A DNA stretch of 64,000 nucleotides. It comes from Candidatus Omnitrophota bacterium (GTDB lineage: Bacteria > Omnitrophota > Gorgyraeia > Zapsychrales > Zapsychraceae). The translations under genes and the position numbers were made by a program. Location of the stretch: positions 102,364 through 166,363 of the forward strand of contig JAJDCB010000024.1 in assembly GCA_029261065.1 (NCBI GenBank). The letters run 5' to 3'. Shown piece after piece: positions 35,901-44,222 of the stretch (its first letter is position 1; each line of letters opens with the position of its first letter). A model generated the notes under the pieces. The model was given only the letters and a program-made list of their open reading frames with translations. It was not told the origin of the DNA and searched no databases.

Positions 35901-38645
35901 TTAGTCCGTTTTAAGATTTGCTTGTTTTAATAATTTAGAAACGCAGGATAATAATCCATCACGATTAAATGGTTTGGAAAGATGTTCATCTGCACCAGCT
36001 TTTTTAGCAGAATTAATAAGACTTAACGATGTATGTGATGTTAGTAATATTATGGGAATAATAGCTGTCTCTAGGCGAGATTTCAAAATGTTGATTGCTT
36101 CAACTCCATTCATTCCCGGCATATCATAATCAATGACAATCAAATCAGGCTTTTCTTTAAAAGTAGTCACCACACCTTCTTTACCATTACTTGCCTTTAT
36201 AACACTGTATCCTGAAAATTCCAAGATTTTTACAATAATCTTTTGGACATCTTCATCATCTTCAACAACCAAGATTCGAGACCCACTACTTTTTGGTTTC
36301 TCACGCACTTGGGGCTTGATTATTTTCTTTTTCTTTTCGACAATTATTTCTTCTTTTGGTGCACTCTCCTCCGAAATAATATCTTTAACAATATTTTCTT
36401 CTGGTTCTTGAGTTTCAAAAACAATAGGTTCTTTTTCAGCTTCAACAAAAGGCACATCTTCCGAAACAATCGGTACTTCTGAAACTTCTATTTTTGACTC
36501 AAGGGCAGCCTCAAGAGCTAATTGCTCTTCATCCAAATCTATAGCATCTTCTTCATCTAACTCAACCTCATTGCTTGTTTCATTTGTTTCGATTTCCTTA
36601 TCTTCCTCTTGATTTTCAACGGCTTCTTCAGGTTCTATGGTTTGATCTTCTTTTAATATTTCAACAGGTTCTATTTTTTTTACTTTTTTAACAACTTTAG
36701 CTTTCTTTACTTCTTTGACTTCCTCAACAGCTTCCTGCGCCTCTATTTCCTCCAACTCCGCTACAGGTTCTGTTCTTTTTGGCACTTTTTTCTTTTTAAC
36801 CACTTCAATTTCTTCAGATAACTCATCGTCAATATCGTCGTTAACCTCCATAGTTCTATGTGACAGTTCAGAATCATCCTCCTCCACAGGCGGCAATGTC
36901 TCGGCCCCCTTGGTTAATGTCCCTACAGATTTTGTAACCTCTTCAAAAGTTGTAATCCCTTGAGCAATTTTCTCTATCGCAGAAATTTTTATCGCTTTAA
37001 ATCCACCCCTTATAGCTGTTTTTCTAATTAAAGCTTCATTCGATCCTTTTGCAATAATGTCTTTTAATTCTTGTGTAATTTTTAAAACCTCAAATACGGC
37101 TGTTCGTCCAAAATAACCTGAATAACCACACTGTTGACATCCATCCCCTTTATAAAATTTTGTAATATTATACTCATCGATCAAATCTTGATATTCTTCT
37201 AAATAATCAGCATCAGGCGTATATTCAACCTTACATTTGCTACAAATAACTTTTACTAACCGTTGACTAACAATTAAAATAACAGCTGAACCAATCATAT
37301 AAGGATCAATACCAATATCAGCCAATCTTGAAATTGTAGCAATGGTGCTATTGGTATGCAGAGTGGATAATACAAGATGACCTGTAATAGAAGCTTTTAA
37401 TGCTATTTCAGCCGTTTCTAAATCCCTAATTTCTCCAATAAGAATAACGTTAGGGTCTTGACGTAAAATACTTCTTAATCCAGAAGCAAACGTGACACCT
37501 CGAGCAGGATTAACTTGAATTTGATTAATCCCCTCATTAACAAATTCAACAGGATCTTCAATCGTAACAATATTGGTTGTTTCACTTTTTACATAATTTA
37601 GAGCAGCGTATAACGTAGACGTTTTACCAGATCCTGTTGGTCCTGTTACAAGAACCATGCCTTGCGGCTGAGTAATCGCTTTTTGAAAAGCATTCGCCTC
37701 TTTTTCATTAAATCCAATTTTTTCCATATCCGTCTTAGCTTCAGCAGCATCAAGAATTCTCGCTACAACTTTTTCACCGTAATACGTTGGAATCGTTGAG
37801 ATACGAAAATCCACCTTTCGTCCCTGGACAAGCAAATTAATGCGACCATCTTGAGGTTTCACATCTTGAGCGATATCTAAATTTGCCAATATTTTAATAC
37901 GCGCAATCATCTTTGAATGCACGTTTTTAGGAACCTTCATAATATTTTTTAAATCACCATCAACACGATACCTAACATCAACATTTCCTTCTCGTGGTTC
38001 TAAATGAATATCACTGGCCCTTACTTTAATCGCATCACTTAATATTAAATTGATTAATTTTACGGTGGGACTACTATTTTCTTCTGTTTCAGCAATATCA
38101 ACCGTCTGACCGCCAGACATTTCAATATGAATACCACTAGGATCTTCTTCTTGAACAGCAGCTTCAGCTTCTTCCTCAGCACTCTCATCAACAACATCAT
38201 TCATCGCATCAAATAATTTATCATTAGATTGATAATACTCTTCAATATGTGTGTTAATTTCGCTTCTTGGAGCCAAGACGGGTTTTATAGGGACATCGTA
38301 AATATATCTTAAATCATCAAGAGCAACTACATCGTGAGGATTGCTCATGGCCAAAATTAAATTATCATCTTCTAAACAAATAGGAAATACGCCATGACGT
38401 TTGGCTAATTCGTAATTCATTTTTTTAACAACTTCAGGATCCAGATTCCCATTTTCAATATGATAAACTTGCATCTTAAACAAATCAACAGAAATGTCTA
38501 ACAGCTGTTTTTCCTTAACATAGCCTAACTCTATTAAAGCTTCATGAACTGGCACTTTTAAAACTAAATGTTTTGCTTTAGCTTCTTTAAGTTGCTCTTC
38601 GCTTATTAATTGGTTTTTTAATAGTTTATCAACTAAAGATGCCAC
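35901..38645 (-). CDS. GspE/PilB-family type II secretion / type IV pilus assembly ATPase fused to a C-terminal receiver domain through an about 215-aa Glu/Lys-rich linker
   Basis: N-terminal T2SE_N/MshEN-like domain. Walker A GPTGSGKT. Tetracysteine CSKC...CQQC. C-terminal REC: RILVVEDDEDV ... LIVIDYDMPGMNG ... IILLTS ... LSKPF. Start is GTG (38643-38645) with strong SD AAGGGAG 5 nt upstream. Confidence 0.9.
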   Translation of the reverse strand: MASLVDKLLKNQLISEEQLKEAKAKHLVLKVPVHEALIELGYVKEKQLLDISVDLFKMQVYHIENGNLDPEVVKKMNYELAKRHGVFPICLEDDNLILAMSNPHDVVALDDLRYIYDVPIKPVLAPRSEINTHIEEYYQSNDKLFDAMNDVVDESAEEEAEAAVQEEDPSGIHIEMSGGQTVDIAETEENSSPTVKLINLILSDAIKVRASDIHLEPREGNVDVRYRVDGDLKNIMKVPKNVHSKMIARIKILANLDIAQDVKPQDGRINLLVQGRKVDFRISTIPTYYGEKVVARILDAAEAKTDMEKIGFNEKEANAFQKAITQPQGMVLVTGPTGSGKTSTLYAALNYVKSETTNIVTIEDPVEFVNEGINQIQVNPARGVTFASGLRSILRQDPNVILIGEIRDLETAEIALKASITGHLVLSTLHTNSTIATISRLADIGIDPYMIGSAVILIVSQRLVKVICSKCKVEYTPDADYLEEYQDLIDEYNITKFYKGDGCQQCGYSGYFGRTAVFEVLKITQELKDIIAKGSNEALIRKTAIRGGFKAIKISAIEKIAQGITTFEEVTKSVGTLTKGAETLPPVEEDDSELSHRTMEVNDDIDDELSEEIEVVKKKKVPKRTEPVAELEEIEAQEAVEEVKEVKKAKVVKKVKKIEPVEILKEDQTIEPEEAVENQEEDKEIETNETSNEVELDEEDAIDLDEEQLALEAALESKIEVSEVPIVSEDVPFVEAEKEPIVFETQEPEENIVKDIISEESAPKEEIIVEKKKKIIKPQVREKPKSSGSRILVVEDDEDVQKIIVKILEFSGYSVIKASNGKEGVVTTFKEKPDLIVIDYDMPGMNGVEAINILKSRLETAIIPIILLTSHTSLSLINSAKKAGADEHLSKPFNRDGLLSCVSKLLKQANLKTD
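35904..36281 (-). other. Receiver (REC) domain portion of the GspE-REC fusion protein (approximate coordinates)
   Basis: Last about 126 residues contain all receiver signature positions (DD, D, T/S, K). Confidence 0.8.
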
Positions 38646-38738
38646 AACATCTCCCTTGGGTGTAGTAACACTTATATTATGACTACAGAATATACACTCT
38701 TACTTAGTTTAGCATTCGAAGTATATTTATTGTAACTC

Positions 38739-38766
38739 ATTATACTTCATAATATTTAGCGGGCAA
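38739..38766 (-). promoter_or_regulatory. Candidate sigma70-like promoter for the GspE-REC / kinase / receiver transcription unit
   Basis: Minus strand reads TTGCCC-N16-TATAAT (perfect -10). About 90 nt upstream of the GTG start. By eye only. Confidence 0.2.
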
Positions 38767-38833
38767 ATGTTAAATCAGTTTTTTTATAATTTGATTTAAA
38801 ACTATTAGGTAGGATTAATAACATGTGGACAAA

Positions 38834-40219
38834 TTAATCTAAAAAATCTAACATATCTTTAACATGCACAAATTTCTCACGCGGTTTGCCTTTAGGTTGA
38901 CCACGTTTTATTTCTTCATCATCAATTTTCTTCCATTCTTCAAAATTAACGTAACGAACATTATTCTCTTTTAGTAATTCTTCAAGCATTTTATTATCAG
39001 GATTTTTACAAGGATTCAATTCTTTGAGATCATCCAATAAATGCTTTATGGTTTCTTCAGAATCTGGTTTATTCGTACCAATAATGCCAGAAGGCCCTCT
39101 TTTAATCCAACCAACAGTGTATAAACCTGGATAAATCTGCTCTGAATCAGATACGCGTCCTTCTGTATTCGGTATAATCCCAGCCTGCTCTTGAAAAGGC
39201 AAACCTGTTATCGGCACACCTCTATAACCAATACTTCTAAAAATAATGCCACACTTTAATTCTTCCTTTTCACCCGTCCCTTTTGATTTTTGATGATTAG
39301 GCTCTCCAACTAACACATTTTTCTCCAAATAAATCTTCCCAACTTTATTCTCATCATCTATTCCATAAATCGCAGCAGGACTCTTTTTAAAATGCAGAAC
39401 AAACCGTTTATTCTTTTTAGGCTCTTCTCTTTGAGCAAAATCTTCTAAAATCGAACAATTTTTCTTCTTCGGTGCATTTTTGGGATCTTCTAATTCAATT
39501 TGACTCGGATAACTTAATTCCATATCTTCTTTTCTTACGATGGGATCACAATTGGCTAGCTCGCCAAATTCTCTTAATTCGACAGGAGTAAAGGCTGCTT
39601 GCGCTGGGCCCCTTCGCCCAACGACATGAACGGTCTTGACTTTACTTTTAGATAACACATCTAAAGCATTTTGAGTGATATCCGTTTCTTTAAGTTCATC
39701 TATTGTTTTCGTCAATATTCTTGCCACATCCAACGCCACATTCCCTTGACCGATAATAACGGCTGTTTCGCAAGATAAATCAAAAACGTTTTCTTGAAAA
39801 TCTGGATGACCATTGTACCAAGCCACAAATTCTGTTGCCGTATGATTTCCCTTAAGTTCTGAGCCATGAATACCCAATTTACGATCGGTCTCAGCTCCAT
39901 TTGCAAAAACCAAAGCGTCAAAATACTTCCTTAGTTGGTGAACCGTTAAATCTACTCCAATTTCAACATTACCATAATAAAAAAATTGATCGTGAGCTGC
40001 AGTCTTTTCATATACTTTTATGACATTTTTAATCTTACTATGGTCTGGAGCGACTCCGAAACGGACAAGACCATAAGGCGTAGGTAAACGTTCAAACATG
40101 GACACAGAAATGGTTAAATCAGATTTATAAAGGGAATCTGCCGCATAGAATCCACTTGGACCACTTCCTATTATAGCAACTCTTAAAGGACGCTCTGGCG
40201 TTCCTAAATTATTTGGCAT
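38834..40219 (-). CDS. fpr: Ferredoxin--NADP(+) reductase, adrenodoxin-reductase/FprA-like
   Basis: VAIIGSGPSGFYAA dinucleotide-binding motif; second NADP site IIGQGNVALDVARIL. 461 aa. Confidence 0.8.
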   Translation of the reverse strand: MPNNLGTPERPLRVAIIGSGPSGFYAADSLYKSDLTISVSMFERLPTPYGLVRFGVAPDHSKIKNVIKVYEKTAAHDQFFYYGNVEIGVDLTVHQLRKYFDALVFANGAETDRKLGIHGSELKGNHTATEFVAWYNGHPDFQENVFDLSCETAVIIGQGNVALDVARILTKTIDELKETDITQNALDVLSKSKVKTVHVVGRRGPAQAAFTPVELREFGELANCDPIVRKEDMELSYPSQIELEDPKNAPKKKNCSILEDFAQREEPKKNKRFVLHFKKSPAAIYGIDDENKVGKIYLEKNVLVGEPNHQKSKGTGEKEELKCGIIFRSIGYRGVPITGLPFQEQAGIIPNTEGRVSDSEQIYPGLYTVGWIKRGPSGIIGTNKPDSEETIKHLLDDLKELNPCKNPDNKMLEELLKENNVRYVNFEEWKKIDDEEIKRGQPKGKPREKFVHVKDMLDFLD

Positions 40220-40343
40220 GTATTACTCCAACGTTTTATTTGTTTGTTGATAGGCCCCTAAAATATAAGAATTTTTCGATAACAGCTTTTCTATCCTCCC
40301 ACCCCAAATCTTTATTGTCAACACACAATTATAGTTTTATTCC

Positions 40344-40371
40344 TTGACATTAAAGAGTGTTTTGTTAATCT
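40344..40371 (+). promoter_or_regulatory. Candidate sigma70 promoter for pntAA-pntAB-pntB in the 200-bp divergent region
   Basis: TTGACA (40344-40349) - 16 nt - TAATCT (40366-40371), about 48 nt upstream of the pntAA ATG. Confidence 0.3.
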
Positions 40372-40419
40372 GAATCTAATTAAATTTTACTAAATGTTTA
40401 ACTTTCTGGACGTCACATT

Positions 40420-41553
40420 ATGCTTATTGGAGTACCCAAAGAGACACAACCAGGTGAAAAAAGGGTTGCCTTAGTCCCAACACAAGCTGAAAAATTAATC
40501 AAAAAAGGTTTTGATATTCAAGTTGAATCAGGCCTTGCAAGTAGTATTGGTGTTGATGATACAGCTTTTACTAAAGTTGGGGTGAAGCTCACTGATAGAA
40601 AAAATCTCTTAAAAACATCAGAACTTCTTATTCGATTACGTAAACCCGCCCTTGATGAAGTTAGTCAAATAAAAACCAATGTCCTACACATCAGCTTTCT
40701 CGATCCTTTTAACGAAAGAAAGCTTGTAGAAGAATTTGCAAAACATAACATCAGCGCCATTAGTATGGAAATGATTCCTCGGACAACTATTGCACAAAAA
40801 ATGGATGCGTTAAGCTCACAAGCTAATCTAGCAGGTTATGTCGCTGTAATTTTAGCCACTGAAAGACTAAATAAAATTTTACCCATGATGATGACACCAT
40901 CAGGGACAATCACCCCCTCTCGCGTTTTCATTATTGGGGCCGGTGTTGCTGGTTTACAGGCCATTGCTACAGCTAAAAGACTTGGAGCTCGCGTTGAAGC
41001 TTTTGACACACGCCCTGTTGTCGAAGAACAAGTACAATCTCTTGGAGCCAAATTTGTTAAAATCGATTTAGGCGATACGGGTCAAACAAAAGATGGTTAT
41101 GCGAAAGCCTTGAGTCCTGAACAAATTGAAAAACAACGTCAAGGCATGGCCAAAGTATGTGCGAATTCCGATATCGTTATAACAACGGCCCAACTATTTG
41201 GACGTAAAGCTCCTGTCATCTTATCAAAAGATATGGTGGCTCAAATGAAACCTGGAAGTATTATTATTGATATGGCTGTTGAAACAGGCGGAAACGTTGA
41301 AGGATCTAAACTAGATGAAGAGGTTGATGTCAATGGGGTTCGCATCATTGGATTAGGAAACTTACCAGGCCGCGTTGCAATCAATGCCAGTCAAATGTAT
41401 TCAAGTAATCTTTCCAATCTTATTGAAAGCTACTGGGACACAGATAAAAAGACTTTTAATCTGGATGTAACGAATGAAATAATTAAAGGTTGTCTCATTA
41501 CCCATGAAGGACAAATCATAAACGAGATGATAAAAAATCATTATAGCAAATAA
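40420..41553 (+). CDS. pntAA: NAD(P) transhydrogenase subunit alpha part 1 (dI, NAD(H)-binding)
   Basis: Alanine-dehydrogenase/PNT fold. GAGVAGLQAIATAKRLGA Rossmann motif. 377 aa. Confidence 0.9.
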   Translation: MLIGVPKETQPGEKRVALVPTQAEKLIKKGFDIQVESGLASSIGVDDTAFTKVGVKLTDRKNLLKTSELLIRLRKPALDEVSQIKTNVLHISFLDPFNERKLVEEFAKHNISAISMEMIPRTTIAQKMDALSSQANLAGYVAVILATERLNKILPMMMTPSGTITPSRVFIIGAGVAGLQAIATAKRLGARVEAFDTRPVVEEQVQSLGAKFVKIDLGDTGQTKDGYAKALSPEQIEKQRQGMAKVCANSDIVITTAQLFGRKAPVILSKDMVAQMKPGSIIIDMAVETGGNVEGSKLDEEVDVNGVRIIGLGNLPGRVAINASQMYSSNLSNLIESYWDTDKKTFNLDVTNEIIKGCLITHEGQIINEMIKNHYSK

Positions 41554-41567
41554 TTAAGGATTTCTTT

Positions 41568-41876
41568 ATGGATGCAAATACCCTTATTTTTCTCTTCTTT
41601 ATTTTAGCCCTTTCCATTTTTCTAGGCTTTGAACTCATCTCGAAAGTACCAGCAACGTTACACACACCTCTTATGTCAGGATCGAATGCCATTTCTGGAA
41701 TAACCCTAGTTGGTGCAATCACATCAGCTGGTGGTGAAGGAAACCAGATCAGCATTCTTTTAGGCACGTTGGCCGTTTGTTTTGCTACGATTAATGTCGT
41801 TGGAGGCTATATGGTGACTGATCGGATGTTGGCTATGTTTAAGAAAAAAGATTCATCCACGGGAGATAAGAAATAA
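41568..41876 (+). CDS. pntAB: NAD(P) transhydrogenase subunit alpha part 2 (membrane)
   Basis: 102-aa 3-4 TM protein between pntAA and pntB. Confidence 0.85.
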   Translation: MDANTLIFLFFILALSIFLGFELISKVPATLHTPLMSGSNAISGITLVGAITSAGGEGNQISILLGTLAVCFATINVVGGYMVTDRMLAMFKKKDSSTGDKK

Positions 41877-41877
41877 C

Positions 41878-43242
41878 ATGGATATTTATATCAACATCAC
41901 CTATATCATTGCAGCCGTCCTTTTCATTTTTGGTTTAAAAAAATTAGGATCACCCGCCTCTGCTCGCCAAGGAAATTTAATTTCAGCTGTAGGCATGTTA
42001 TTAGCTGTGATGGCAACATTACTCACTCAAGGTTTAAGTTTTCAATGGATTGCTATTGGCTTTGGTGTTGGTGCCCTCCTAGGTATTTTTTCAGCAAGAC
42101 TTATAGCAATGACAGCGATGCCTGAGATGGTAGCTCTCCTTAATGGGACAGGCGGCATTGCAAGTTTATGTGTTGGTTGGTCCGTTTATCATTACATGCC
42201 TGATAACGATTTATTTACAAGTGTTACTATTTTTCTTTCTGTATTAATTGGTGGGGTCACCTTTACAGGGAGTATTGTTGCTTGGGGAAAATTGAGTGAA
42301 AAATTACCAGGAAAACCTATACTTTATGCAGGACAAAAATTTGTTAATATCATTATCCTTCTGGGAATTTTAAGCTGTGGCGTTTTATATTCTTTAAATC
42401 CAGCGAGCAGCTATACCCTCTTTATTATTGCCGTAATCCTATCATTACTCTTAGGGATATTAGTTGTCATCCCTATTGGTGGCGCTGATATGCCCGTCGT
42501 TATTTCTCTTTTAAATAGTTATTCTGGCATTGCCGCTTGTGCCGCTGGTTTTGTTATTCAAAATAATATTCTTATCGTCGCCGGTTCTTTAGTTGGAGCG
42601 AGTGGTATCATCTTAACGCAAATCATGTGTAAAGCCATGAATCGTTCCATAACGAATGTTTTATTTAGCGGTTTTGGATCCACGGGTTCGAAACAATCAA
42701 CGGGAATTGAAGGTGAAGTTAAACCTATTACTGTTGAAGATGCTTTTTTTATTCTGGAAGCCGCATCAAGTGTTGTTTTCATTCCAGGCTACGGTATGGC
42801 TGTTGCTCAAGCACAACATACTGTGAGAGAATTAGCTGAACTTCTTGAAAGTAATGGTGCTGAGGTTCGCTTTGCGATTCATCCTGTGGCAGGTCGAATG
42901 CCTGGACATATGAATGTTTTATTAGCTGAAGCTAACGTTTCCTATGATCAACTATTTGAAATGGATGATATTAACCCCATAATGGAAACTATGGATGTTG
43001 CTGTAGTTATTGGCGCCAATGACGTTGTCAATCCTGCCGCACGCCATGATGAAAACTCCCCTATCTATGGCATGCCCATCATTAATGCCGACAATGCCAA
43101 AACTGTTTTCGTTTTAAAACGATCCATGAATACAGGTTTTGCTGGTGTTCAAAATGAACTTTTCTTTTATGAGAATACGCGGATGTTATTTGGGGATGCT
43201 AAAGCTTCTATTCAAGGGTTGGTGGCAGAGTTTAAAGATTAG
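41878..43242 (+). CDS. pntB: NAD(P) transhydrogenase subunit beta
   Basis: N-terminal membrane domain plus C-terminal NADP(H)-binding dIII (GYGMAVAQAQH ... VIGANDVVNPAA). 454 aa. Confidence 0.95.
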   Translation: MDIYINITYIIAAVLFIFGLKKLGSPASARQGNLISAVGMLLAVMATLLTQGLSFQWIAIGFGVGALLGIFSARLIAMTAMPEMVALLNGTGGIASLCVGWSVYHYMPDNDLFTSVTIFLSVLIGGVTFTGSIVAWGKLSEKLPGKPILYAGQKFVNIIILLGILSCGVLYSLNPASSYTLFIIAVILSLLLGILVVIPIGGADMPVVISLLNSYSGIAACAAGFVIQNNILIVAGSLVGASGIILTQIMCKAMNRSITNVLFSGFGSTGSKQSTGIEGEVKPITVEDAFFILEAASSVVFIPGYGMAVAQAQHTVRELAELLESNGAEVRFAIHPVAGRMPGHMNVLLAEANVSYDQLFEMDDINPIMETMDVAVVIGANDVVNPAARHDENSPIYGMPIINADNAKTVFVLKRSMNTGFAGVQNELFFYENTRMLFGDAKASIQGLVAEFKD

Positions 43243-43634
43243 ACGCGTTTAAGACTTCTTCGTTTGGTGGTTGCATTCTTTCTCGTTGTAGCTGTATAAT
43301 TTTTGGCCGTTCTTTTTCGTTTGTAATCGGGGAAATTAATTGCGATGAGATTATGTGAGGATCGAGTTTTTTCTTCTATACGAATTATTTTGCCCATACC
43401 TTTAAAAATTTGTAAAACTCCAGACATTACAACAATTACTTCTAACGTCTCACCCGCCTTATAGTCAATTTCGGAATAAAACGACAAACCACTTAAACTC
43501 ATATCATGTGTAGTTGAAAGATGCCAAGATTTGTCAATTTTTTTTCGTCGAGATTTTGACAGACGATATTGGATACTTAAGACACGTTTGGCCCTAATTG
43601 TTGCTCTTCTTTCTTCGTTTGATGATTTAACCAT
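43239..43634 (-). CDS. Single-domain PilZ (c-di-GMP-binding) protein with basic C-terminal tail
   Basis: RxxxR (RATIR) and DxSxxG (DMSLSG) motifs. Its stop overlaps the convergent pntB stop. Confidence 0.7.
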   Translation of the reverse strand: MVKSSNEERRATIRAKRVLSIQYRLSKSRRKKIDKSWHLSTTHDMSLSGLSFYSEIDYKAGETLEVIVVMSGVLQIFKGMGKIIRIEEKTRSSHNLIAINFPDYKRKRTAKNYTATTRKNATTKRRSLKRV

Positions 43635-43710
43635 AATGATAGAATATAGGTATCTCTAAGTTTCGTCAAGGTTTATGTAGGGCTTTAATGCAATTTTAAA
43701 ATAGCCTTTG

Positions 43711-44211
43711 TTAGATATCATTTAATTCTTTAATGTCATAACGAATATCAATTTCCCTTAATTGAGAATTTTCTTTAAGAGGAATTTCATAAAGGATATG
43801 GTCAAATAAACAAATACCGAACTCTCCTTCTCGACAATAAAATAAACTAATATGGGCAAAAACTTTATTTCCAGTAAAAGACCGCTTTATACGAAAACTC
43901 TGTTTCTTTTTTTTAATGATAAACTTCTTATAAAACCGCCCCTTATCATCATAAATTTCGATATGTGGTGAGGCCTCATATAAGGGTTTATAATTTTGAG
44001 GATACGAAAATTGAAGATTTAGTTGATTAACTCGTGCTGAAATTGGGTGCGAAAAAGAAATTTTTTCACCCAAAAAATTTTCAAAATCAAAAACGAATTC
44101 TTCTTTTATATCACTTCCTTCATCGTTTGTCTTAGCTTGCACGCATGTAGTTATACATACTATGCTTAAAACAAACAAAATAATACGTGAATATGTAAAT
44201 ATTGTTTTCAT
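43711..44211 (-). CDS. Secreted hypothetical protein (signal peptide)
   Basis: MKTIFTYSRIILFVLSIVCITTCVQA. No recognisable motif. Confidence 0.5.
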   Translation of the reverse strand: MKTIFTYSRIILFVLSIVCITTCVQAKTNDEGSDIKEEFVFDFENFLGEKISFSHPISARVNQLNLQFSYPQNYKPLYEASPHIEIYDDKGRFYKKFIIKKKKQSFRIKRSFTGNKVFAHISLFYCREGEFGICLFDHILYEIPLKENSQLREIDIRYDIKELNDI

Positions 44212-44222
44212 GATGTAGAAAA

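Noticed and set aside
36133-36963. Three plus-strand ORFs antisense to the acidic linker of the GspE-REC gene
   Set aside because: They are an artefact of the GAA/GAG/AAA-rich linker. Their translations are Phe/Ser-rich low complexity with no features.
35901-38645. Calling the N-terminal domain of the ATPase a c-di-GMP-binding MshEN domain
   Set aside because: Two helical LxxxLxxQL-type segments are present, but the RLG and Gly positions of the published MshEN motif are not conserved (SLVDKLLKNQLISEEQL…). The T2SE_N fold is likely but c-di-GMP binding cannot be claimed from sequence.
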